Positions 1-8,342 are shown, counted from the first letter of the stretch. The stretch: DNA of 22,258 bases from Promethearchaeota archaeon (GCA_048939465.1 JBHLPL010000021.1:1-22258), one strand, 5' to 3'. A program made the numbers and translations. The notes: generated from the sequence alone by a model not told the origin.

Positions 1-1
1 A

Positions 2-1189
2 ACCAGCGACAAGAACGTAATAGGAGATGCGGTTTTAACCGATGCCGGCGTAGAAATTATGGTTGGGGAGGTCGTTTCCATAGATTCGGATAACAAGGTC
101 TGCAAAACTGCTGATGGTACAGAGATCGGTTTCGAAAAACTTGTGTTGGCAACTGGTTCCAATCCAGTGGTTCCTAGATGGCTTAAAGGAGCAAATTTGG
201 AGAACGTCTTTACAATCCGCAAGGATAAAGGATATCTTGATGATATTGTCGCAAAACTTAACGGATTCGAGAGAATAGTTGTCATCGGTGGCGGTTTCAT
301 CGGCGTTGAGGTATCAGATGAGTTGAAAAAACGTGGAAAAGATGTAACCATTGTTGAGATCCTACCTCATATACTGGGTCTTGTTTTTGACGATGATATA
401 GCAATTAAAGCGGAGGAGACCGTCAAGGCAAGGGGTGTGGATGTGAAGGCCGGTTCTGGTGTCAAAGAGATATTAGGGGATCGAAAAGCAGCTAGCGTCC
501 TACTGAATAATGGGGAAAAGCTCGAAGCCGACGCAGTAGTCTTGTCTATGGGTTATCGTCCCAATACAAGCCTTGCTGGAGAGTCAGGGATAAAACTAAA
601 CGAGATGGGATTCATCAAGGTAGATGAATATATGAGGACGGATAACAAAGATATCTTTGCAGTTGGTGACTGTGCTGAGAAGAGGGATTTCAACACCAGA
701 AAACTGAGCGGTGTTATGCTTGCTTCTACTGCTTGTGCAGAGGCGAGAATTGCCGGCATGAATTTGTACAAGCTTTGCGCGCTAAAAACATTCAACGGGA
801 TCATTGGCATTTTTTGCACGGCTATTGGAGAAAACGCCTATGGCTCGGCAGGATTAACCGAGAATGCAGCTATCAAGGAAGGGTTTGACATCGTTACTGG
901 AACCTTTGAGGGTGTTGATAAGCATCCTGGAGCAATGCCCAACACACACAAGCAACTTGTCAAACTTATTGCCTCACGGGAATCAGGTATGATACTTGGT
1001 GGAGAAGTTGTAAGCGGACCAAGCACAGGAGAACTGGTGAACATGATCGGACTTGCCATTCAGAACAGAATGACTGTGTATTCCATCTTAGCTACCCAGG
1101 TCGGAACCCATCCATTGCTTACTGCACCGCCAACCGCATATCCTCTCATCAAGTCTGCCGAAGTAGTTGCAAAAAAGATCAAAGCGTAG
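2..1189 (+). CDS. FAD-dependent pyridine nucleotide-disulfide oxidoreductase (NADH oxidase / CoA-disulfide reductase family), 5'-truncated by the window edge
   Basis: LATGS, NAD-binding VIGGGFIGVE, and FAD motif DIFAVGDCA, plus a C-terminal dimerisation domain. The frame is open from base 2 (TSDKNVIGDAVLTDAGVEIM...), so the true start lies upstream of the window. Confidence 0.9.
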   Translation, partial: TSDKNVIGDAVLTDAGVEIMVGEVVSIDSDNKVCKTADGTEIGFEKLVLATGSNPVVPRWLKGANLENVFTIRKDKGYLDDIVAKLNGFERIVVIGGGFIGVEVSDELKKRGKDVTIVEILPHILGLVFDDDIAIKAEETVKARGVDVKAGSGVKEILGDRKAASVLLNNGEKLEADAVVLSMGYRPNTSLAGESGIKLNEMGFIKVDEYMRTDNKDIFAVGDCAEKRDFNTRKLSGVMLASTACAEARIAGMNLYKLCALKTFNGIIGIFCTAIGENAYGSAGLTENAAIKEGFDIVTGTFEGVDKHPGAMPNTHKQLVKLIASRESGMILGGEVVSGPSTGELVNMIGLAIQNRMTVYSILATQVGTHPLLTAPPTAYPLIKSAEVVAKKIKA

Positions 1190-1217
1190 ATTCAATCACT
1201 ACACGAACTTCCCGCCC

Positions 1218-1224
1218 TTTTTTT
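1218..1224 (+). terminator. Oligo-T archaeal terminator candidate
   Basis: T7 tract about 30 nt after the oxidoreductase stop, between convergent genes. Confidence 0.5.
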
Positions 1225-1236
1225 GTCATTTACAGG

Positions 1237-1551
1237 TTAGATACGCTCGATCTTGAATATGACTGGTCTCAACCCATCGGTACAACAGCTCACTTCAGGA
1301 GCTTCCTTACCCCCTTCCTTTGAAAAATTCCCTCCATACCGCAACGTGGTCACTACTGTGAAAATGTCACTCCAAGCCCAGTAGCAGAATCCCTCTGGCA
1401 TCTCTCCATCATCCCCGACAATAAACTCTTGCCCCTCTTCAAATACGCTACAAGCTTCTGAAAACTTATTCAGAGGAGGACTATCACCGAATACATCCCT
1501 TGTATTCATCTTCTTTAGGACCGTTATCTTGACTTTGCTTTTCTCTGCCAT
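1237..1551 (-). CDS. TIGR04076 family protein (104 aa), copy 1
   Basis: KVKITVLKK...CSVFEEGQEF...MPEGFCYWAW...CCTDGLRPVIFKIERI. The start is set at ATG 1551 because the paralogue at 15020-15334 begins MAEK at the equivalent position. The 43-codon upstream extension in the ORF track runs into a mobile element. Confidence 0.85.
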   Translation of the reverse strand: MAEKSKVKITVLKKMNTRDVFGDSPPLNKFSEACSVFEEGQEFIVGDDGEMPEGFCYWAWSDIFTVVTTLRYGGNFSKEGGKEAPEVSCCTDGLRPVIFKIERI

Positions 1552-1636
1552 AAAATCGCCCACTTCCTCTTCTTTCATATATCTAAACCACCTCAAAGAG
1601 ACTCCTTCCTGGAGGGCGGAGAGGAATTGAGTGGTT

Positions 1637-1650
1637 CTTAAATACTTTCG
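1637..1650 (-). promoter_or_regulatory. BRE+TATA candidate (CGAAAGTATTTAAG) inside the element, facing the TIGR04076 gene
   Basis: Match to the archaeal BRE/TATA pattern about 85 nt upstream of ATG 1551. Confidence 0.5.
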
Positions 1651-1653
1651 TGG

Positions 1654-1661
1654 TATATAAG
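1654..1661 (+). promoter_or_regulatory. TATA box candidate (TATATAAG) for the putative omega-RNA
   Basis: About 25 nt upstream of the start of the GC-rich structured segment. Confidence 0.45.
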
Positions 1662-1682
1662 CTAGCGGGTCTAAAGGCACAC

Positions 1683-1898
1683 CTCTCTCTGATGTGGAAA
1701 CGGTTGATGACCTATGAAGACGGTGGGGTAAACCCTATAGCCCGACGCTACATGCGGATTACCGGGCTGGGGCGCTGTAAACTGTCCCATGATTTGGCGT
1801 GTGATGAAACCAAAGCCCAGAAGGGAATTGCGGTCAAGCATAGTCATAAGCTCCTTCTGCAAGGGAGGAGTAGTTTACATATCTGATACTGCCGGGAT
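1683..1898 (+). ncRNA. Putative TnpB omega-RNA (right-end RNA) scaffold plus about 20-nt guide
   Basis: Helices AGCCCG/CGGGCT (1739-1744/1763-1768), GGGGC/GTCCC (1769-1773/1784-1788), TTTGG/CCAAA (1793-1797/1810-1814) and CAGAAGG/CCTTCTG (1818-1824/1853-1859), ending at the IS right end. The 5' and 3' limits are estimates. Confidence 0.5.
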
Positions 1899-2855
1899 TA
1901 TTTCGTTCTGAAATATCTCCAATGGCCTGTACTGATCAAGAGGATATCGCATATTGAATATCGCATGATCAATGCCAATCTTGGCCAGTTCTTTCAAATG
2001 ATCAATGGTTTCCTCCGCCGTCTTCAGCAATCTGGATTTGTAAGTGACATCATCTCTTCCTTTCCATTCCATAGAGTCTGGCAATTCTGAGTGTCCCAAA
2101 AACACATTTCCCAGAGTTGTCTTTTCAATCTCATGATAAGGCCGTCCAACGTCCTCACAATGTTTTCTAAGAATATTCAATGCATTTTTGACAATCCCCA
2201 ATCCTGGACGTGTAAACAGATTACATCCGTCAGCATATTTGGCCACAAAACGAAGAGTCTTCTTTGGCCCCATTCCCCCAATTAGAATAGGTGGACGGGG
2301 CTTTTGGATGGGCTGGGGATTGCAGAGTGTTTCTTTCAGTTTATAGTGCTTACCCATAAATTCACCGTTGTTATCACTCCACATCTGCTTCGCAATCTGA
2401 AGGGATTCCTCCAGCATCTCGAAACGAATCTTCCAGGTATGAAACGGAATACCTAAGCCAATCGATTCTCTTTCAAACCAGCCAGCACCAATTCCGAAGT
2501 AAGCTCGTCCCCCAGACATTATGTCCAGAGTCGTTACAGTTTTAACCAAAACTCCTGGGTGTCTATAGATATTCCCTGTAACCAGCGTGCCCAGTTTGAC
2601 TCTTTTTGTTAATGCGGCAATGTAATTCAGCACGGAGTAGCCTTCGTGCATATCGTCTTCAGCCGGTCCTGTGATGTAATCTCCTGGTCTTTGTTTGAGA
2701 CCGTCACTTCTCCCCAGTTGAAAATAATGATCCATCACCCATATGCTGTAAAATCCCGCTTTTTCAGCCGTGATAGCAATGTCTCTTATGTCTTTGGCAA
2801 ACCCTTCAGGCCCACTAGGAAACGTAAAATTAGGAATCTGAAGTCCGACTTTCAT
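1875..2855 (-). CDS. LLM-class F420-dependent oxidoreductase (TIGR03560-like)
   Basis: MKVGLQIPNF, WVMDHYFQ, KLGTLVTGNIYRHPG, GRAYFGIGAGW and PILIGGMG motifs. The start is probably ATG 2855 (leaderless, TATA 23-30 nt upstream); ATG 2870 is an alternative. Confidence 0.9.
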   Translation of the reverse strand: MKVGLQIPNFTFPSGPEGFAKDIRDIAITAEKAGFYSIWVMDHYFQLGRSDGLKQRPGDYITGPAEDDMHEGYSVLNYIAALTKRVKLGTLVTGNIYRHPGVLVKTVTTLDIMSGGRAYFGIGAGWFERESIGLGIPFHTWKIRFEMLEESLQIAKQMWSDNNGEFMGKHYKLKETLCNPQPIQKPRPPILIGGMGPKKTLRFVAKYADGCNLFTRPGLGIVKNALNILRKHCEDVGRPYHEIEKTTLGNVFLGHSELPDSMEWKGRDDVTYKSRLLKTAEETIDHLKELAKIGIDHAIFNMRYPLDQYRPLEIFQNEIIPAVSDM

Positions 2856-2877
2856 GGGTCTGGGTATCATTTGGCAG

Positions 2878-2893
2878 TTTATAAGCTTTGTTC
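2878..2893 (-). promoter_or_regulatory. BRE+TATA (GAACAAAGCTTATAAA) of the LLM gene
   Basis: Spacing to ATG 2855 fits a leaderless transcript. Confidence 0.55.
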
Positions 2894-3082
2894 ATTTGAT
2901 CTTCTTGAGATTGAGCCTAAATTGAATTGGATCTAATGAATATCGATTAGTTACTGTACAGAACCCTTTCCAAGATAAGCATTCCAAATGTCGACGGATA
3001 GTATTACTTGAATCCTCTTGGATCAGGATCGGCGGCAGTTTCTGGATCATTCTTTCGCCAACCATTACATCGATTCCAGAAA

Positions 3083-4261
3083 TTATCCCTCGAAGTCTCT
3101 CAGCAACTTCTCAAATTCAATACCGCTGACCGCATTGATAACCTCTCTGATTTCCTTTTTCCTCTTCTCGAGCGTAGCCTTCTCACTACCCTCCGGACAT
3201 ATATTGCAGGCTTCCGAAAAAAGATCAAACGATTCGCTGCGCCCTATCTTAAGGGTGTTGTACTCCGACATAACAGTTCTGAGAAGATGACTTTCCTCTT
3301 GGGGAAGCTCGTGATAAACTCTCTGCATCAGGTCTCCTGGAGCACCGAGTACTAGTTCTAGATCGCGAATAACACTCCCCATCGACCATTCAGTGGTGGC
3401 GCTTAGTACTGGAGAAAGCCAGTATTTTGCCTCCCCCTTAAAACCTAAAATAAGAGCTTCGAGATAATCTTTGGAAAGTTTGTGATATTCCTCTTCTACC
3501 GAAGCGTTTTGAACATAATATAAAGCCGAGGTAAAACTCTCGGCTGCCTTATTATAAATATCACTTGCTATTCTTCCGCGTTGGTAGGCTTCAATTATCC
3601 TTTTGGATGCATCCAAAAACCCCAGGTGATCATATCTCTCCTGCATTAGCTTACTGACACCTACCCATCTAGATGGATCTGAGGGCTGTTTCTCAAGCCA
3701 TTTAGATAGAGATACCTCGACTTTTACTTCAGCCTCGTATCCCAAGGCCCAACCCTTCATGTAGGGGGTAGACCGTCTAGCACTTTGCGTGTAAGCTGAA
3801 CCGATTAGCTTCGCAAAAAGCCCCAGAGCATAGTTTATGTCGTCTATTTTGACTGTTTTCTCGGTATCGGGGTCTGTAACCTTCAATCTTAGACTCTCAC
3901 CGAAATGGAAGCTGCTGCCAGCATCCTTCAGTAGTTCCATAAACTCCTCCAATTTTTCAATATTTTTCTCTTCGTATAGCCTCTTGTTTATGATATGTGC
4001 TGTGGACGCCGCAGAGTCTTTGAGTGCAATTAGACTCCTGATTTGCTCTATCTGATTTTGGGTTAGGACTTCGTCATATTTCTTGAGAAAATCATCTATA
4101 TTTCCGCTGTCAATTACATTCGATAGCTCTTTTTCGAGAGATTCCTTTTTGACTTTTCTTTTTAGCTTATCAAAAAGCCATCCTGCAATTTTCTTAATTC
4201 CATCCACAATTAACGGTGCGATTAGTTGTCCTGTAATTGTGCCAATAATGCTTGGAAGCAA
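3083..4261 (-). CDS. Hypothetical, largely alpha-helical protein (392 aa) with an amphipathic N-terminus
   Basis: Long ORF with a TTG start and AAGGGGGG RBS 6 nt upstream. No family recognised. Confidence 0.75.
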   Translation of the reverse strand: MLPSIIGTITGQLIAPLIVDGIKKIAGWLFDKLKRKVKKESLEKELSNVIDSGNIDDFLKKYDEVLTQNQIEQIRSLIALKDSAASTAHIINKRLYEEKNIEKLEEFMELLKDAGSSFHFGESLRLKVTDPDTEKTVKIDDINYALGLFAKLIGSAYTQSARRSTPYMKGWALGYEAEVKVEVSLSKWLEKQPSDPSRWVGVSKLMQERYDHLGFLDASKRIIEAYQRGRIASDIYNKAAESFTSALYYVQNASVEEEYHKLSKDYLEALILGFKGEAKYWLSPVLSATTEWSMGSVIRDLELVLGAPGDLMQRVYHELPQEESHLLRTVMSEYNTLKIGRSESFDLFSEACNICPEGSEKATLEKRKKEIREVINAVSGIEFEKLLRDFEG

Positions 4262-4437
4262 GAGATGCCCCCCTTCATTGCTTTAGCAACAATCTACTTC
4301 CTTACTAGTTCCTAATTTAGTTTGCTATTTTTTTACAGCAAAGCGGGGCCAATTTGCTTAATAAGTATAAAAGGATGATGTGTGCTTATTCTGAGATACA
4401 TGTTTCATAAATGTGAAAAAAACAAGGAGCTGCTTTG

Positions 4438-5901
4438 ATGAACTTGAAGAAATTTACCATACTGCATTCCAATGACATGCATGGAGACTTTTTGGCCGAA
4501 GTTGAAGGCAAGGAAGGGAAACTAATCGGTGGGCTTGCGCTCTTATCAGGATACATAAATCAGGTGCGTAGGGAAGAGGAAAACGTTTTCTATGTTATTT
4601 GCGGTGATATGGTGCAAGGATCATTGATAGATTCTGAATACAAAGGCATATCTACTATCGAAATCATGAATTACTTAGCTCCTGATGTCGTGGCTCTTGG
4701 CAATCATGAATTTGACTATGGTCTCCCCCATCTTCTATTTCTGGAGAAAATGGCCAATTTTCCAATCGTCAACGCCAATTTATATGTCAGACAATATAAC
4801 AAGCGGCTGATGCACCCCTATGTCATACTGAAAAAGGCTGGATTCGATATACTGTTTACAGGTATAATTACTGAAAAAGTGATGGATTCTATCAGAAGCG
4901 ACAAGCTCATCGGAAGCTTTGTTTCACTAGAAGATGCAAGTCGTGAAGTGGGCAGAATAACAAATGCCTACAAGAATGATGACATAGATCTCACCATTCT
5001 GCTGACCCACATTGGTTTTGAATCCGACATAGAATTGGCAAAACTTCTTAAACCTGAATGGGGAGTTGATATCATTCTTGGGGGTCATTCACACACAGTC
5101 CTCAAAGAACCAGCGATGGAAAACGGAATACTCATTGCTCAGGCGGGTGTAGGAACCGATCAGATCGGAAGATTCGACATAATGGTTGACGATGACACAA
5201 ATAGCGTTGTTGAATACAAATGGCAGCTTATTCCAATAGATGAGAATCTTGCTGAACCCGATGAAAAGCTTCAGGAATACATAAACTCATTCCAAAAAGA
5301 AGTCGACCGAAAATACAACACCATGATCTGCAAACTCGCGCAAACCTTGACACACCCTGCCAGAGAGACAGAGACAACTCTTGGGAACCTGCTCGCAGAC
5401 TCTTTCGCAGAAGCGGCAGAATGTGATGTAATGCTGCTTGGAAGCGGGTCAATTAGAGCCAAGGAAATGGGTCCGTTGGTGACGCTGAAGGACTTATACG
5501 CTTGTTTCCCCTACGATGACACTTTGACTCGGTACACGATAGACGGTGAGAAGCTGAAGAAAATCTTCTCCCACATTATGCGAACAGAAAACAGAAACAG
5601 TGAAGGCGAATGTTATCAAGTGAACAATAAGGTGAAGGCAGTTTATAGTGATAAAAACCACGGACTTGTATCGCTTAAGATTGACGGCAAAGATGTTTCA
5701 GATACAGGTTCCTATTCAGTCTGTCTACAGGGATACCACTTCAACAATTCAAAATCATACCTTGACGTATCGCAAGATGAGCTTTTAGAGTCGGGAAAAA
5801 GAAGAGTAATTTCGACTTCAGCACAAGAGGTGTTGGAGGAATATCTTCGCAACCACCAAAACATAAATCGATCAATTGAAGGAAGACTATCTTTTCAGTA
5901 A
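4438..5901 (+). CDS. 5'-nucleotidase / bifunctional metallophosphoesterase (UshA-like), cytoplasmic
   Basis: Calcineurin-like motifs NDMHG, GD, GNHEFD, TH and GGHSH plus a 5'-nucleotidase C-terminal domain. AAGGAG RBS. No signal peptide seen. Confidence 0.92.
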   Translation: MNLKKFTILHSNDMHGDFLAEVEGKEGKLIGGLALLSGYINQVRREEENVFYVICGDMVQGSLIDSEYKGISTIEIMNYLAPDVVALGNHEFDYGLPHLLFLEKMANFPIVNANLYVRQYNKRLMHPYVILKKAGFDILFTGIITEKVMDSIRSDKLIGSFVSLEDASREVGRITNAYKNDDIDLTILLTHIGFESDIELAKLLKPEWGVDIILGGHSHTVLKEPAMENGILIAQAGVGTDQIGRFDIMVDDDTNSVVEYKWQLIPIDENLAEPDEKLQEYINSFQKEVDRKYNTMICKLAQTLTHPARETETTLGNLLADSFAEAAECDVMLLGSGSIRAKEMGPLVTLKDLYACFPYDDTLTRYTIDGEKLKKIFSHIMRTENRNSEGECYQVNNKVKAVYSDKNHGLVSLKIDGKDVSDTGSYSVCLQGYHFNNSKSYLDVSQDELLESGKRRVISTSAQEVLEEYLRNHQNINRSIEGRLSFQ

Positions 5902-5953
5902 CCAACGCCTATTTGGCAAATGAATACGAAAAGAAAGGAAGAGATTTCGCTTT

Positions 5954-6529
5954 TCAAAACTCTTTGCCCAAAACGTATGCTTTCTCCAAGTATTTCTTTC
6001 GGACCTCGTCACCGACCGCTGGCACCGCGTATAGGTTGACTATTTTGTAATCTTGGATTCCAGTCAACCAAAAGACTGTACTGAGTAATTTTTTCGCCGC
6101 ATCTCCTGCCCCCGAAGTCCTGTAAAACTCCTCAGGCATGCCCGTCGTACGTATGGATATGGCTTTCTTGTCCCCGAGAAGTCCGCGCATCCCCTCTTTA
6201 CCCGCAACATAAGCAAATCCGTGGCTAAAAACCCGCTCCTGCCATCCCATAAGAATTGACGGCATGTAAAATCCCATGGTAGGGTAGATGAATGCCATGG
6301 CATCTGCTTGGGACACTTTTTCTTGCTGATCCAGTACATCTTGGGGCATTTTTCCTCCGGCAAATTGAACCAGATCCTCAACTTTCAAAGTTGTCTGGAA
6401 TCCCAGGTTATACAGGTCAAGAACCTTGAAAGTATGTCCTGCCTCCTTAAGTCCTTTGGTAAATGATTCCAAGACAGCATGACAGAATGACTTTGGATTG
6501 GGATGCGCATAGACTATCAAGACTTCCAT
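5954..6529 (-). CDS. NAD(P)H dehydrogenase (quinone), flavodoxin-like fold (MdaB/NQO family)
   Basis: VLIVYAHPNPKSF, KVLDLY and GWQERVFSHGFAY motifs. GGTGG RBS. Confidence 0.9.
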   Translation of the reverse strand: MEVLIVYAHPNPKSFCHAVLESFTKGLKEAGHTFKVLDLYNLGFQTTLKVEDLVQFAGGKMPQDVLDQQEKVSQADAMAFIYPTMGFYMPSILMGWQERVFSHGFAYVAGKEGMRGLLGDKKAISIRTTGMPEEFYRTSGAGDAAKKLLSTVFWLTGIQDYKIVNLYAVPAVGDEVRKKYLEKAYVLGKEF

Positions 6530-6568
6530 CTTTCCACCTTCTTTTTCCGCGTTCTAACAAATGATTAG

Positions 6569-6584
6569 ATATAAAAGGTTTTCC
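6569..6584 (-). promoter_or_regulatory. BRE+TATA (GGAAAACCTTTTATAT) of the quinone reductase gene
   Basis: Canonical pattern 40-55 nt upstream of ATG 6529. Confidence 0.6.
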
Positions 6585-6678
6585 TTACGTCGCTCCTATT
6601 ATACGAGTCGAAGTTCGGGGCTGCTAAAAACAACTGGAAAAAGAAAGATGAGAAAAACGCGTGCATGCACATTATCCT

Positions 6679-7158
6679 TCATTTCTTCGTGATGGGAATA
6701 TACAGGTACACAGCATCCCTTTCTGGGTCTCGGAAACCTTCGGGGTAGTATTCGTGAATTGCACCTGCTTGCTCATAACCTTCCCTTGGTGAGAATTTTT
6801 TGTAAAAATAAGTCATTCCGTCTCTAAAAGTCGGCAATGTACAAGCGATCGCTACGAATTTCTGTTCTGGAATATTCCAAGTTTTCCAACCCTTGGATGG
6901 TTTTGTGCCCGGATCGACTTCCCATCCTGCCAAGTATTTTCCTTTTCCTTTTTCTTTCCAAGGAGCCAAGTATTTATCGATCGAGCTCATGAGACCCCAA
7001 GCTCCCTTACCGGCCTTAACGAGGTCTTTAACCTCATCACGTCGGTCAAAGGCCTGTTCCCATAATTGTGGAATCCATTTAGGACCTTTGCTGACATCAC
7101 CGCTCCCTTCGATCCCTAGCACAGTAAAGGCGGTTTTGGCTATGATCTTTGCATCCAT
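6679..7158 (-). CDS. GyrI-like small-molecule (effector)-binding domain protein
   Basis: FTVLGIE...IPQLWEQ...YLAGWEV...IPEQKFVAI...EYYP...YLYIPI pattern. GGAGG RBS. Confidence 0.8.
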   Translation of the reverse strand: MDAKIIAKTAFTVLGIEGSGDVSKGPKWIPQLWEQAFDRRDEVKDLVKAGKGAWGLMSSIDKYLAPWKEKGKGKYLAGWEVDPGTKPSKGWKTWNIPEQKFVAIACTLPTFRDGMTYFYKKFSPREGYEQAGAIHEYYPEGFRDPERDAVYLYIPITKK

Positions 7159-7385
7159 TTTGAAGCCTCCAATGATAGTTCTCTCCAGTCCGGAACAGAC
7201 CTAAAAGCTTAACCTATGCGGTCATAGTCCCGAATCAAGTGAAAGTGTTAATGACGCTCATTCTTATTGTATTTCAGTAGTTTGAATAAGAACAACCTGA
7301 GAGTCTTTCTACGTTACCTAATGGGCTCAGGCCATATGAATCAGCCCTTAACGGGTCGAAACTCAATAAACATCATTTGATCACT

Positions 7386-7949
7386 CTAAAAAATCCTTGT
7401 CAAGATGAGTATTCCAAATACTATGAATAATGCTGCTGCAACCCTTTTGATTAGAACTAATGGCAGCTTTTGACCTATTTTTTCCCCAATCAAAACTGCG
7501 ATTCCGTTTACAATAAGAAAACCCAGAATTGCTCCAATAAATACTTCAACTGGGGCAATGAGACTAATCGTTAAGCTTATTACTGCGAGCTGCGTTTTGT
7601 CGCCAAATTCGGAGACGAATACAAACCAGAAGACCGTAGCAAATGAGGCAGCAGCCTCAACTGAGTCCTGCTCCTCCTTCTTGGCTGTCAGTAGGTAATA
7701 GAACCCGAGGATTATGAACACAGAGCCAGAAATGTATGCCAGGATATTGGATGGTATTACTTCCGTCAAAAAGAAACCGAGGCCGATACCGATTAATGTG
7801 ACTGTTGACAACGCTAGGATGACTGCCGTCAAAACCGTGTAACGCTTTCTATATCGGGCGGAAAACACGATAGTTGACAGCATGGTCTTATCGCCAAATT
7901 CCGTAATAACTATCAGGATGAAAGCTGACGTAATTGCTTCAACGATCAT
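7386..7949 (-). CDS. TMEM165/GDT1 (UPF0016) family Mn2+/Ca2+ transporter
   Basis: Two E-x-G-D-K-T motifs (TEFGDKT, SEFGDKT) in hydrophobic repeats. Confidence 0.92.
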   Translation of the reverse strand: MIVEAITSAFILIVITEFGDKTMLSTIVFSARYRKRYTVLTAVILALSTVTLIGIGLGFFLTEVIPSNILAYISGSVFIILGFYYLLTAKKEEQDSVEAAASFATVFWFVFVSEFGDKTQLAVISLTISLIAPVEVFIGAILGFLIVNGIAVLIGEKIGQKLPLVLIKRVAAALFIVFGILILTRIF

Positions 7950-8273
7950 TTTTTGCCGGTTTCTCTCAGGTCATCCTCTGTTATATAGATCTGGACAGCC
8001 TTTGAGTAAAACCTCCCAAGTTTCCTTTTAACCTTCAAGAAACCAAGAATAGGACAGATTTGATAATGCAAAATAAAGATTATTTTTGAGAAATTTCCTT
8101 ACTCTGAACTTCTTTCCTAATAAAATCATGAAAAATTACTTAGATTTTGAAAACTATTGATCTAGTTGCGATCATTGCCAAAATAATCTTTCTGCAATCG
8201 ATTTCTTTGACACAATAATGATCATTTGAATAGAGCCTACTGGGTAAATTTAGAGACAAAAAGGTGACAGTCA

Positions 8274-8342
8274 ATGTTCAGGATAGAAGAAGATTGGAAC
8301 GAAGAAGAAGATTGGAACGAAGAAGAGGAAGAAGACTGGTGA
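8274..8342 (+). CDS. Putative acidic micropeptide MFRIEEDWNEEEDWNEEEEEDW (22 aa)
   Basis: GGTGA RBS (8263-8267) 6 nt before ATG, in-frame stop just upstream, and synonymous variation (GAT/GAC, GAA/GAG) that preserves the D-W and E pattern. Confidence 0.5.
   Translation: MFRIEEDWNEEEDWNEEEEEDW
8286..8321 (+). repeat. Exact 18-bp tandem duplication (GAAGAAGATTGGAACGAA x2)
   Basis: Read directly. Encodes EEDWNE twice. Confidence 0.95.

Larger units (their letters stand above)
1579..1878 (+). mobile_element. Non-autonomous IS200/IS605-family element (300 bp, no tnpA or tnpB ORF)
   Basis: Two directly oriented imperfect hairpins, CTCCTTCCTGGAGGGCGGAG (1602-1621) and CTCCTTCTGCAAGGGAGGAG (1851-1870), 15/20 identical. 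The right end AAG-hairpin-TAGTTTAC resembles tnpB-element right ends. TCAT lies immediately 5' (1575-1578). Deleting 1579-1878 restores an in-frame stop for the LLM gene. Confidence 0.75.

Noticed and set aside
1552-1886. ORFs 1650-1886 (+), 1671-1862 (-) and the N-terminal extension of 1237-1680
   Set aside because: They lie within the IS-derived element, have no RBS or family motifs, and the region is better explained as structured RNA and element ends.
1690-1886. Possible C/D-box sRNA, hammerhead ribozyme or SRP RNA (TGATGA, CTGATG..GAAAC, CCCAGAAGGG)
   Set aside because: Box spacing is too long for a C/D sRNA, the hammerhead CUGAnGA core is absent, and the SRP CAGG/AGCA motifs are absent.
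2892-3065. 57-codon minus-strand ORF between the orphan and LLM genes
   Set aside because: No clear RBS or motif, and it ends at the LLM promoter, so it is unsupported.
8286-8321. 18-bp repeat as a CRISPR array
   Set aside because: Two abutting copies with no spacers; it is a coding-type tandem duplication.
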